Notes: generated from the letters alone by a model not told the origin. A stretch of 63,229 nucleotides of DNA, filler included, from Octopus bimaculoides (GCF_001194135.2; 5 parts of 5 records of this genome joined end to end with filler, not necessarily neighbours in it), one strand, 5' to 3'; positions 24,761 through 38,004 are shown, counted from the whole stretch's first letter. Made by a program: numbers and translations.

Positions 24761-25118
24761 GGTTGTTGTTGTTATTGTTGTAATTGTTGTTGTTCTGGTT
24801 CTTGTTCTTGTTATTATTATCATTAAAGTCAGGCCATAAGTATAATTGTGTTTTTATCTAATGTTTCCATTATTGATTAATTTTAATCCTGTAGGTGTTT
24901 TGCCGATGCTTCACCGAATGTTTCACCCGTTACATAGGCATGTTTCCGATACTGAAGGAAGGTGATGGTGGTGGTGGAGCGCGAGTAGTGGTGGTAGTAG
25001 TGGTGGTAGTGGTTGTAGTGGTAGTGGGATAATGCTGTAGTCGATGTTAGAAGGCGAAGCAGCGGTGATGTTGGTAGTAGTAGTAGTAGTAGCAGCAGCA
25101 GCAGTAGTAGTAGTAGTG

Positions 25119-25177
<59 letters not shown>

Positions 25178-25439
25178 TTAAAGGTTGTTTGACGGCGGAC
25201 CAGTGATGCTGGTGGTGGTCTGTGTTGTATGGGAGGTCGAGTGGATGCTGGGTGATAGAGCTGAGTGGTGAAGGTGGAACAACGATAAAATACGTAAATA
25301 GTTCCATTGACTGAATGTTCCAGCTCTACTAAAGTTCACACGTGACGCCAATGGGAAAAACAATTGATAACCAGATAATAAAGTAGGAGAAATCACCTGT
25401 TCTGATTGATTATTGATTATTATTTTAATAGGTTATATG

Positions 25440-26115
25440 TAGTCTTCTACTTCACAGCCCAAGTTGGAGTACCGCCTTGAAGGATTCAGGGTAACAAATC
25501 GATCACCAGTATGTATTATAAGTCTAAAGCAGTGAGCTGGCAGAAGTGTTAGCACACCGGGCAAAATGTTTAGCGGTATTTCTCGTCTGCCGCTACGTTC
25601 TGAGTTCAAATTCTGCCGAGGTCGACTTTGCTTTTACCCTTTCAGAGTCGATAAAATAAGTACCAGTTGAGCACTGGGGTCGATGTAATCGACTACCCTT
25701 TCCCCGAAATTGCTAGCTTTGTGCTAAAATTTGAAATCAATATGTATGTCTACTATGTATTTTATTTGTTGAACCACTAATGTAGTAAATAAGGGATGTA
25801 AATATATCGACACCGGTTGTGAAGTGGTGAGAGGAGGGGACGAAAAAACCAAAAAGTCTCCCACACATGCGTATCTACCTATTTACCTATTTATATGTAT
25901 ACATGTAGATACATACGTAGATAAACATTTATATGAATACCTACACACATACACACACGCACATTGGGCTTCCATACAGTTTCCGTCTACCATATCCACT
26001 TACAAGGCATTGATCGGCTTCGGGTTATAGTGATAATGCTTGCCCAAGATGTCACGCAGCAGGACCGAACCTGAAACCATGTGGTTGCGAATCGAACTTC
26101 TCACCCACACAGCCA
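25440..26115 (-). mobile_element. SINE family A, older copy, interrupted by a family B SINE at 25526-25737
   Basis: Head half 25965-26115, microsatellite 25860-25960, 3' half 25765-25850, tail remnant 25440-25515. Confidence 0.7.
25526..25737 (+). mobile_element. Family B SINE, complete, nested in a family A SINE
   Basis: Full head, core and tail, flanked by similar CAGTATGTAT / CAATATGTAT sequences. Confidence 0.88.
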
Positions 26116-26290
26116 TGTTTATGTTTGTCTCACGCAATTGCTACGCAGGCAAACGCTGCGATTTCATCGCGGTTTCGATTCTCATTTTAATTCCTTTTTA
26201 TTTTATTTGTATCCAAATTTTGTTCTCTGTATATCATTGTTTATATGAAGTCCAATAGATCAATAACCAATATATCGATCATGATTTATA

Positions 26291-26729
26291 TTATCTTTTA
26301 TCTTTTATTTGCTTCAATCATTAGACTGCGGCCATGCTAGGGCACTGCCTTGAAGAATTTTAGTCGAGTGAATCGACCCCAGTTCTTTTTTTGTTTTTTA
26401 GCGCCTGGTATTTATTCTATCGGTCTCTTTTAGAACCGCTAGTTTACGGGGATGTAAACACACCAACAGCAGTTGTCAAAGCGGAGGTGGGAGGGGATAA
26501 ACATAGATACACACACTCACACACACACACACACATATATACATATATACATATATATATATAAACGACGGGCTTCTTTCAGTTTCCGTCTACCAAATCC
26601 ACTCACAAGACTTTGGTCAGCCTGAGACTATAGTAGGAGACACTTGCCCAAGGTGCCACGCAATGGGACTGAACCCGGAATCATGTGACTGGTAAGCAAG
26701 TTTCTTACCACACAGTTACACCCGCGCCC
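26291..26729 (-). mobile_element. SINE family A, complete
   Basis: tRNA-like head with B box GGTTCAGTCCC, internal (CA/TA)n, tail with (TCTTTTA)n-type repeats. Confidence 0.9.
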
Positions 26730-27970
26730 AGATTGAAGTATACTGATCGCGTATATCTCTAACTGACCGTTCCATTGTTTATTCAAAAACAGCAGATCTA
26801 AGAATATATCTTCAAATATTGCCTTTTTAAAAATTACTGTAGATTGTGATTTGAAGAATATTTTACCTGTTGTTTCTAGAGGCGTCCCCACTAGTTCGTT
26901 TGAAGTTTAGTCTATTGCTTTTTTTCTCTGTGCTACTTTTTGTTTGTTTGTTTTTGTTTGTTTGTTTGTTTGTTTTGTCTTTTTTAATCCGAAGAAGGAA
27001 AAATAGTACAAAGTTCCTGTAATCCATGCAGCAATCTAATATTGATGCGATCAAATTGATCAACAGGAAAACTTAGACAGTGTGAGAAAGAAAACTGATT
27101 TCTCTCTGTTGTAGTGGCCAGTTGGGTTAGCTGTGTTTTAATACTTTGATACCTGGGGGTGTGAGAAATGTGAAAGGGAATGTCTGGAAGGATGTGTACT
27201 GTCAGAGGTGGTTAGCAGGTAATTGTCAGGACTCCAACGAGTCAACTAATAAGCGGTGCAAGCTGAGCTGCATCAGTGGATCAGGTGTAATCTCAGGTGA
27301 AAAAGTTTAGTTTGGAAATAAGAAAAGCTTTGTTAAAATTATTTGAAGAGTTTTGGGATCTTTTTTTTTTCTTTTGGTTTTGTTTTTCTCTTTCACATTT
27401 CTTCTTACGAAACAATTCAAAACTGAATCATCTGGCCCTTCTTCTTCTTGTCACCTTCAAGCTCGAAGTACTTACAAAGTGTTTCCTATATTAGTACTCT
27501 GTACACTCCATTCAATGGACAATTTTTTGGTGGTTTTAACCTTTTGGTGAAAGATAGGTTTGGTTTGATCACGATAACATCTTTGTTTTTACCTATTGTA
27601 ACGTCTCTTACGTTGGGCACATAATGAAGCTTTACTAGCCCTGTACTGTAAAACCCTGTGAAGAATGTTTCCTGCACTTTTACCTTTGCAGTTGATCCGC
27701 CGGGTTTGGGGGACGGTCATCATTTTCAATGCTTAAAGGAAGAGTTGATAGGTCGGTCAGGAATAGTTAGATGAAGAAAGAGGAAAATGTTGCAGACAGT
27801 TCGGAAAGGCAATTGTTTCAGCCTTTATACCAGAAGCGTCGGTATATGATCAGAGACGGAATCACGAAGAGTTGTTAACACTGAAGTCACCAAGGATAAA
27901 GAATTTAGAAGCGATTAGTTGAGATGGACCTAATTCGTGTCGAACTATAGATATTGGTTTAGATATTGGT

Positions 27971-28172
27971 TTCAAATTTTGGCATAAGGCCAGTAAGTTC
28001 GAGGGTAAGTTGATTACGTTGACCCCAGTGCTCGTCGGGTATTTATTTTAACGACCCCAAACGAGATGAAAGGCAAAGTCGACTCCAGTGGAATTTGAAC
28101 GCAGAACGTAAAGACGGGTAAAATACCGCTAAGCATTTTGCCCGGCGTGCTAACGATGCTGCCATCTCACCA
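27971..28172 (-). mobile_element. Family B SINE, complete
   Basis: Reverse complement of the family B head, core and tail. Confidence 0.85.
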
Positions 28173-28199
28173 ACTCAAATGACTAAAGATATTAATAAA

Positions 28200-28600
28200 T
28201 ATTGATAACACTGTAATACGATTTTTGTCCTTGGGTACCAATTGCTATTTCCTATTTGCTTACCCCTGGAAAGTATGAAAAATGGTTAATATTTCCTTCA
28301 AACTTTGCTTTTGTTACATTTATTCAAACTCCAAACAATCCCTCTCACCCCATGGCTTTGATGCTCCCCCACGCAGCCATTGTCAGCCACTAAAAGACAT
28401 GCTCAAGTGGTTAAGATCAAGCAAATGGCAAGCAGATCTATGGTATTGAGCAGAATATTTGTTTAAAGATAAATCAGTTTCAAAACATAGATGTCCCGGT
28501 CACAAAAGCTAAGTTTCAAGGGAGTAATAGTCATTTCCTTGGGTTTCTACATAGAAGCGAATAGGAAATATGATAACATTTACTGACCAAAGGCAATTAA
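28200..28600 (+). repeat. Unclassified interspersed repeat, copy 1 (family D)
   Basis: Collinear with 42950-43415: CCTTGGGTA.CAATT, GAAAGTATGAAAAAT, TTTGTTACATTTATTCAAAC, ATTGTCAGCCACTAA, TATTGAGCAGAATATTT, TCAGTTTCAAAACAT, TAATAGTCATTTC. Confidence 0.85.
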
Positions 28601-29177
28601 TAGATAAATAAAAATGTTGTTGCTCAGTGTAATCTGGTCGTAGCTAAATGTGTTCGAAAGGCGGTTAAGACAATAAATGTTCTTAAAAGCTAAAATAAAT
28701 TTTCATTCAAAACTAGAGTTCATTATTTTTGACGTCCAGATAAAGAAGATGAGTACTAGGGCAGAAGATTCTATGTAAGGGAAGTTCTTCATTGCGAAAA
28801 AACACTTAACAAAATAACGTTTAATCTGAACGCTAGAAACGTGTTAGAGATAGACAGAGGCAGGTGAGGGTGAGTTCCTGTTACTGAGTGAAAGAGCTTG
28901 AGTATGTTACATGCTGGTATTGTTGTTGCTAGTGTTGTTGTTGCATAGCTCCAAGTCATCTCTAACGGATGATCAAAGATATTCAAACCATGGCCATCTC
29001 GTCGACTTTTAGAGGACAGTATAGCCCAGGCTACGTTATTGAATGTGTCTCAAAAGTTGAGTAAGTAGAAGTGCTGGAAATAGACAGGCTCAAGTTTAAA
29101 AGTAAATTAACATATTTTACAGTCTTGAAGGGAGACATGTCCAATGAACTGAAGTCATCTAATTTAATGCATCCATA

Positions 29178-29379
29178 AGGCGATGAGCTGACAGAACCGT
29201 CACTACGGCGAGAAAAATGTTTAGCGGCATTCCGTCCGTCAGAGTTCAAATTTCTCCAAGGTCAACTTTGCCTTTCATCCTTCAGGGGTCGATAAAATAA
29301 TTACCAGTCGAACACTGGGGTCGAAATAATCGACTTAAACCCTCCCCTGAACTTGCTGGCCTTGTGCCAAAATTTGAAA
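29178..29379 (+). mobile_element. Family B SINE, complete, with TSD
   Basis: Flanks AATTTAATGCATCCATA (29161-77) and AATTTAATGCATCCCTA (29378-94), 16 of 17 identical. Confidence 0.9.
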
Positions 29380-29927
29380 TTTAATGCATCCCTATCATGT
29401 GAATACGGCATACATTTTAGAAACCACTGACTTTTATATAAAGAATATGATACTTAAATGCTAAAACAGTTTTAAGATTAATTGTGAACATTCCTAGCAA
29501 GTAAACCACTATGAAATATACAGCGTTTCCTTATACTTTCAGAAGCAAACTGAGCTTTCGCACAATAGAATTTGTGTTCACTTCGGAGAACTGAACCACT
29601 GTCACTTAAAATATAATGGTCTGAATCTATATACATAAATGTGTGTTGTGTATACATTTATGTATACAAGTGTATATGTGTGTACCTATATGCGCGTATA
29701 AGTGTGTGTGAGAAAGAGAAAGGACGAATATTTCATTTATGCAAACTCACAACCAGTACATTATGGCACACGTTGGTGCACATATGATATGCGCGTATAT
29801 ACATATTATATATCAACGTCAGAAGTGTTTATATGAACATCTGTCTGCATTCGTGTTCATGGCCATGTGTGCGAGTATGTCTGTGTGTGCGTATATATAT
29901 ATATATATATATATACGCGCGCGCGCA

Positions 29928-29961
<34 letters not shown>

Positions 29962-30074
29962 TACGTGCAGTACAGACAGACAGATCAACGCACACATAAA
30001 TAATTCCTTTGTAACTAGAATTATGTGTTTGTATTTGTCTATGTGTATGTACATGCACGTCCGGGATTACTTCA

Positions 30075-30140
<66 letters not shown>

Positions 30141-30454
30141 GTATATATACATATACTTACACTGACACGCATATATACATACGTTTTGTTCTATGTATAG
30201 TTTTGCGCAGATGTATGCGAGCTTCAATGGGCAAATACACATATGTATGTATACATGTATGTATATATGTATTTGTGTATATATACAATATAATACACAC
30301 ACACACATATATATATCTGCATATGTATGTATGTATGTATGCGTGTACAAATTCATGTAAACATATACAAACAATCTAAACACGTGCATATCATATTTTA
30401 TATGCATCAATAAACATATATATATATATCTATATATATATAAATATATATATA

Positions 30455-30489
<35 letters not shown>

Positions 30490-30499
30490 NNNNNNNNNN

Positions 30500-30567
<68 letters not shown>

Positions 30568-31420
30568 GTGTGTGTGTATATTTGTATACATGCATACATA
30601 CACATACATATATGTGTATGAACATATGTGTGTGCGTGTTTGTTTGTTCTTATATATGTGTCTGTGTGTGTATATGTTATTATATTGATGTGTGTTCATA
30701 TACGTATGCGTGTATGTATGTGTATGTATGTATTTGAATCTGTGTGAAACAATATAACCAACGGGCTTGTCGAAGACTTTTAATTTTCTGTCTGAAACGC
30801 AAGATAAAAAGCAACTTAATAATGACCTCAACAACAGCAAGAAGAACAACAACAACAAAAAATATAATTTACAAAAAAATACATGTGAAAAATCTATAAA
30901 AATATGTAAATACACGTAGCATGTCTTTGATGAGATCTTTACAGTTTTAATAAGCGTAATTCATGGCTGCTTTGGTGTCAATGATATCTTTTCTCCTTTG
31001 GTGAAGAGTTAAAGACAGTCAGCAAGCCAGCCAGGTCCTCTTTCTAGAGAACGTTCAACTGCCACAAGCATGCGACCATCACAACTGGCTAGGTGTAGAG
31101 AGGGGTCGGGAGATGTTGGGTAGATTTTTTTTCGATTTTTTAGCTCACCTCCATGCATTCTACAGTGCTCCCGCTCCACCCCCGTACAATCTACACAATG
31201 AATAATGTGTGCGTTTAGTGAGTTTAGGGACTGTGGTGGTGGGGGCGGATATAATGTACATAGGCGTTACTGACGACAACAATAACACTCGATAATGATG
31301 ATAATCGCAACCATCACCATTATTTTCTCCTTCTCTCAGTCGCTGTCGTCTTTGTCGTCATCAAATTGTCATCATCAACATCATCATCATCGTCGTCGTC
31401 ATCATCATCATCATCATCAT

Positions 31421-31447
31421 CCTAACCCTAACCCTAACCCTAACCCT
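31421..31447. repeat. Short interstitial (CCCTAA)n telomere-type repeat, about 4 units
   Basis: CCTAACCCTAACCCTAACCCTAACCCT directly after a (CAT)n tract. Confidence 0.8.
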
Positions 31448-32961
31448 TAACCATCGAAAATAACGCGAAAAATTATTAAAAAAAAACAATGGCGGAACAA
31501 AACAGAACCAGAAGAGTAAATTTAAGAAGTAAGAATGAGATGAGATTTGAAGCGGGAGGAATGTGGGACAGAGAAGAGACAGAGAAAAGGTAAAGTTAAG
31601 AGATGTGTGGGTGAGTAATGTGAGAGACATGGGAGATAGGAGTAAACCAGGGGTAAGATGGAAGCAAATCAAACGTGAGGAATAAAAGAAGTAAATGTAA
31701 TGTAGAGCAGAGGTTAGTGAAAAGTGATTCAACTCGGTTAAAAAATGAAATAAAGGTTAACTAGAATCAGGGATACGGTGAAGCCATGGGATTCTAGCAT
31801 GGTGGATGATTTTGAAGAGATAGCTGAAGAGCTCAACTGAGCCATCGGTGCTTCTTATATTGATGCTGAGCGGAGGAATGCTAGATCAACAATTAGGATT
31901 ACCAAGTTCTATCGAGAGGGTAACTGCAATGCATCCATAAGAGTGGTGTCCATGATTGTGTAATCAGTCAATGAAAGATTCACTATGATTCAAGCTCTTA
32001 ATTCAAATTCACAAAAATGGAATTGGATGGCGCCAAAGAGTCACGAGAATCTACGAAAGCAACATGACCGAAGAAGATCGAAGAAATGCCAAAACAGAGA
32101 GGGATCAATGTGATCTTGAACCGAAAACTGTATCAGAAATAAAATAGGAGTAGGTGAGAGACGAGAATGGCTTGAAACAGGTGTAATCAGAGTTGAGGTA
32201 CATATGATGCGAAGTGAAAGGCAGGGCTGAAAGTGAATTGAGATAGACTCGGGAGCGGAAACAGGAATGAGTTGAAGACGAATAAACGTGAGTAGTCAGA
32301 AATGAGGCACAGATGACACAATGAGCTCCACAATTGAGAGAAAACTGAGGTATAATTGGGACATAAAATGAAGCAAGAGTAAGTTAAAGGCTTGTAAGGA
32401 TTAACAGAAACATAACGCAGGGAGAGTAAAAAGTGGTAGTACGCAGCCATTATAAATAGACTTATAGCCGGTCGCCAGGTAGAAGATCGGAAGGTCGAGA
32501 GTACGTGTAGGCTGTGTTGATAGTCGTGTCTGTGCTGATATAGTAATTATACTGTGATACTGAGTGGACGTTATAACGACCCAACCTTTTGAGGATAATG
32601 ACACTGTACGACAGGGGGTCGTACAGCGCTAGATGGAACCATTCTATCGACGACTTCGGAATATAACAATATCTGTCAGAGCGACAGCCGTAGACAAAAG
32701 ACAGCTACAACAGTGGCAAAAGACCGCTTTGCAACAGAGTGTCTGGTCGTGACAATCCGGCTGGATATATATGGCCGTTGTTCTAACATTAGCGATTGTG
32801 TCCTCCCCTGTTAAGATGGCACTATGTTACATTTTAGTATATAGGTTAATCATGGCGCACAATATGAACAATTTGATGAACCGAAATGTGATGTAAAACG
32901 AAACAAAGTTCTCTTGATTGACAGGGAAAAGGAACAGACATAAAGTTACGCTACATATAGG

Positions 32962-33025
<64 letters not shown>

Positions 33026-33125
33026 NNNNNNNNNNNNNNNNNNNNNNNNNNNNNNNNNNNNNNNNNNNNTTAATTAATTAANNNNNNNNNNNNNNNNNNN
33101 NNNNNNNNNNNNNNNNNNNNNNNNN

Positions 33126-33193
33126 CCTCGGGCCGACCAAAGCCCTGTGAGTGGGTTTGGTAGACGAAAATTGAAAGAAGCCCGTCATATATA

Positions 33194-33224
<31 letters not shown>

Positions 33225-33420
33225 TTGTGTCCCAACCATCGCTTGACAACTGATATTTGTGTGTTTACGTCCGCGTAACCTAACGGTTCAGCATAAGAGA
33301 CCGATCGAATAAGTACCACGCTTACAAAGAATAAGTCCCGAGTTCGATTTCTGCGACTAAAACTACTTCAAGGAGGTGCTCCAACATGGCTACTGTCAAA
33401 TGACTGAAACAAATAACAGA
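33126..33420 (+). mobile_element. SINE family A, 5' end in gap
   Basis: CCTCGGGCCGACCAAAGCCCTGTGAGTGG...(GT)n...ATGGCTACTGTCAAATGACTGAAACAA. Confidence 0.85.
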
Positions 33421-33865
33421 ATACCAGGATAACAGAATATATATTTATGTATATACGATACAAAGCTATATTCATTTCAAAGTGTTATCACATATCGATA
33501 TTTTTGGATGCACAGAAAGGTTTCCGAAAAGGTCGTGTTAAGTAATAGTAGTTTTATTAAGATTAATTGTTAAGCTAAACATGTTGCATCGCACATGCAT
33601 ACACTGTTTTAAATTTGATCTAAAAAGCCAGAAGCATAACAAAATATAGTATTATTTCTGCAACTGGAAAAAATCCAGTTGGTAGAGCACCATGGAGAAA
33701 ATCATACACGCCATATATCTAAACGTCTTGAAAAGAATCGCGTCAAACGCGCAATATTAAAAGTTGTAGTGAAAGAAACATCATCGATATTAACAATCAA
33801 TTTGAAATTAAGTTTTCTCTCGAATGCTGGACTTAGTAGTAATTTTTTATGTTATAGGCAAAAAG

Positions 33866-34050
33866 CTTGAAATTTGTGGTGGGGATAGCTAGTTTTATTA
33901 CCTTGACACCCGTGGTCAACTGTTACTTATTTTATCGACCCCAAAAGTAAAAAGGCAAAATATACCTCGGTAGTAATTGAACTGAGAACGTAAGAAACCG
34001 AAAGAAATATCATTAAGCATTTTTTTCGGTGCGATAACGATTCTGCCTGC
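33866..34050 (-). mobile_element. Family B SINE, degenerate
   Basis: TTTTATCGACCCCAAAAG...AGGCAAAATATACCTCGG...GAACTGAGAACGTA. Confidence 0.7.
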
Positions 34051-34381
34051 ATGTGTCAAAAATGTTAATAGACATTCGTAGCCTGAAATGATTTTTGTCT
34101 GCTATTCGTACAAAATATTACCTTTCCCTTGTTTCTCTGAAGACACATATGTCTGCATGAACTGCATTTAACCATGAAGAAACATTTACGTAATACTAGT
34201 AGTAAAATCTAGAATTTATCATTTAATGGTGAACTGCAGCGACATATATCTGTACAAGATGGCATTAGTCATGATTTTGAATTGCAGTGAATTGAGAAGA
34301 GCCTTCTCTATATAAAATAATAGCCAATATAAATATTTGTTGGTTCATAGATTTTACCAATCACGATTTACATCGTATAGA

Positions 34382-34385
<4 letters not shown>

Positions 34386-34459
<74 letters not shown>

Positions 34460-34471
34460 GAGAGAGAGAGA
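34386..34471. repeat. (GA)n microsatellite
   Basis: Read directly; representative of dozens of (AT)n, (GT)n, (CA)n, (TAG)n, (TTG)n, (GAT)n and (GATA)n tracts across the window. Confidence 0.95.
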
Positions 34472-34888
34472 GTAAAAGTCAGACACAAAGATAGTTAACA
34501 TAAAAAGTTGCAGTCGAAAGAGGAACATTAAAACTGAAAAGCAATGGTGTGAGGATAGAAACGATAAAAGTTACATAGTCGATGGACACCAAATACCGAA
34601 CACACACACAAGTACAAAAGTGATAGAGAAAGAATTAGTTTTATAGATGCAAGATAAATGCAGATATAAGGCTTGGTGGCTGGCAAAAGTAAAAGGATGC
34701 TGCATACACTCAGCGAAAGAGTAAGAATTAAAGCGAGACAGCGGTGGTAATTTTGACCATATCGCACGAGGAGTTTTAGGCGGGCAATTTAAACTGGTCG
34801 TGTGCATACGTGCATATATATATGTATGTATACATTTGTACATGTAAGTATTGGTATGTTGTATATGTGTATGTGTGTGTGTGTGTGT

Positions 34889-34975
<87 letters not shown>

Positions 34976-35003
34976 TGTGTGTATCTATATGCTATCTGAG
35001 TAT

Positions 35004-35062
35004 ATTCCACTGATGAAGGCAGAGCATTTCTTATGCAAAGCCAGAAATCTGGCATCTGGAAT
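35004..35062 (+). ncRNA. Candidate type I hammerhead ribozyme (variant core)
   Basis: Stem I ATTCCA/TGGAAT (6 bp); CTGATGA 35010-16; stem II GGC-aga-GCAT-ttctt-ATGC-aaa-GCC; GAAA 35044-47; cleavage triplet ATC 35054-56. An extra A flanks each side of stem II. Confidence 0.5.
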
Positions 35063-36189
35063 TAACCAGTAATGTTTTTGCTAGTTTATTTTGTCTTTGT
35101 CTTCTCTCCTGGTGTTGTATGAACATTTAATGTGGTTTTAGAGTCACGTTTTGGCTGCTATTTCCAGCATGGAGGTATCTCTTAGATACCCTTAATTATA
35201 ATTTTGTATATATATATATATATATATGGACTATGTATGTATGCATGTGTGTGCGTGTATGTGTGTGTGTTTCAGTGTATCACTTTTATGATAACTCTAT
35301 TTTGTAATGACAAAATCATACTTCAACCAATTATATATCAGATACTATGGATGCTGATGAAAGAACAATAAGGTAACTCTAACTGAATGTAAATAGATAG
35401 ATGTAAACTTTAGCAACCGCTGCACACTCGTGATAAAAAACATTTAACTTTATAAATATAGTTTCTTGGCAAACATATATTTTCAATTAGGCAATATCCC
35501 TTTTACAGGAAATTAAACTTTATTTTCTTTTCTATCTCTTTTTCCTTAGATGTTTTTGGACTTCATTCTCTTCTTGTCATTATTGTTGTCTTTTGTTTAG
35601 TTTAGCTCTTTTCGATGATATTAGATTTTTCACGCAATGTATATTGAAGTGACACAATCTGATTTGATAATATTACTCTGTCTAGACAAACGTTCAACTG
35701 GAGGGCAACAACACAGCTAATTGAAAATTTAACCAAAGATTATTGGACCGCTTTTTTTATTCTCAGCTCGCCTAACGTTAAATTTAACGTCATATGAATC
35801 GAGAGAAAATCATAACCATTCTAAACAGTTATTAGGTTTTCAGAGATCCATCCCAAATACTGGTTTACAGCTGTTTTAGTCCGACTGTTTTTAGAAATGA
35901 AACAATACAAAGATGGAAAATAGAAATCAGCTGCGAATATTTACTTTTGCCATCATCGATTCTTACATATTTATCTTGTTCTGTTAAAGTTTTCAGTATA
36001 ACACACCATTATAGCCTTACAGTATGAATCGTTATTTGTTTTTCCCTGAGTCTCCATAGCTTCCATTGACAAGAGAAAATACTTCTTTAATGTAATGAGT
36101 ATAGAAGTAGTGACCTTGTATAATCAACACTCCTGTTAGCACATTCTAAATACATACCAAGTTTACAGAATTATTATTCTAGTCTATGT

Positions 36190-36391
36190 CGACGAACTGG
36201 CAGAACCTTTAGTAAGTCGGACAAAAAAGTCTCGTGGCATTTCTTCAGGCTCTGAGTTCAAATATAGCCAAAGTCAACTTTATATTTCATCCTTTCGAGG
36301 ATGATAAAATAAAGTACCAGCTAAGCACTGGGGTCGATTTAATCATCGAATACCTCCTCCCCAATTCCTGGCCTTGTTCCAAAGTTTGAAG
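36190..36391 (+). mobile_element. Family B SINE, complete, diverged
   Basis: CTCTGAGTTCAAAT...TTTCATCCTTTCGAGGATGATAAAATAAAGTACCAG...GGGGTCGAT...GGCCTTGTTCCAAAGTTTGAA. Confidence 0.8.
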
Positions 36392-38004
36392 CAATTTCTA
36401 TTACTCTATTCTCTTTTACTCATTCTGCCACTACTGTGTTTTCCAATTCCTTCAAAATGTCTTGTTCTTTAAAATATTACGATATCTAAAGCACGAAGTT
36501 TAATGGAAGAAACAAATTTTAAAGAACAGTAAATAGTAGCGATACTCTCCCTAAACTAACGCACTTTGTACATTATAATGTGTAACAAAAAGGTATCCAA
36601 ATCAGGAAATAAATCCCGGATATAAGTTATTAGCCCTATTATTGGTATGCCAATCGTGGAACATATAGCTTTATCAATATGAGCGTCATGTACCAAGAAG
36701 TAGAGATATTTTAATAACTTAACCATACATCTCACTTGCCGTGGGTTCAGAACCTCACAGCGATGTGTTAGGATTTTGCTAACACGAGTATTAATACGAG
36801 TTTCGTTGTGATACTAATTGGTTGACCATGATTGACAAAGCATAACCTTGACGCATGGTACCTCACAGTTACAACATTAAAAGTGCATTCAAAATACCAG
36901 TCTTCATAAGAAATAAAATTTCAACAAAACATTCTTCGCTGGTTTGCAATGATAGTCACATTTATTCCAAGCACAGCATTGGCATATGCGTAGAGAAATA
37001 CTGAAAATTTTACAAATGAGACATGTATGATGTCAAGAACCACGGAAATGCGTCTTTTATTAACATCTCATTGTATAAAGGATATTTCTATCGTAATCAT
37101 AGCATTAAAAACTGGTTAGATTGAATATAGTGAGTTTCTCAAGTTCTATGCATTTTATTTGCTGAATATACTTAAACCATGACTTTTGTTTTGACTTTTG
37201 TAGTTGTATTTACTTCAAATGACATTGACAAAATGCTTTCAAATTACGTCAAACTTCATACATGGGTCTGCATTTGATGAAGCTAAATCCATTCTTACAA
37301 ATGGTGAAAATACGGGAAATTTTGAAAAGTGGACATTTGAGCCTGTCAAAATTTTGACAAAAGAAAGCAAAATGGATTTCATCTTTGAAATCAACAACTC
37401 AAAATTTCTAGGAAATATGCCTCTAACATCAGACAACAAAATTGATATTCTCCAATGTTATTGGTCGGCATTTGCACTATAGTTTGTTGGTTGGGTGTAG
37501 AAGGTGTTATATTGTAATGTCTATCAAGTAAGTGTCTACGATATTTATTCTATTAGTTGTGAAATATATGGAGGATGTGTCGTGTATTTCATATTATTTA
37601 TTACATTTCTCAACAAAATAAATATTTTATTTTCTGGCATAAAAGCTGAGAGCTGTTTTAGACTAATTTCAGGGTACTGGTTCCAAAACGGACCTCAGAT
37701 TTTCTGTCACATCACATTTTTGTGCCATCAGTATATACCTTTGTTTACTTGGATCATACTAAGAGTTAATTTTACACCTCTGTTTGCGCGAATTTTGGCT
37801 GGATTGTTATGCTAATTTTGAATAACATACGAAAGCTGAGTTTTGCTTTGAAACACTTTCTCTTCTCTTCAGGTGTGAATTGAACCACTGTGATTTAGTT
37901 ATGGTTGCAAGATCAAAAAGAAGGAAGTATTTTAATGACTCCGAGATCTTATGTTACATCTATGGAAACTTCACTCCATAGGCTCAAAGGCGCAACATTA
38001 ATAA

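Noticed and set aside
37204-37482. Open frames on both strands, possibly a hAT transposase C-terminus or an exon
   Set aside because: No diagnostic motif or splice signals could be supported.
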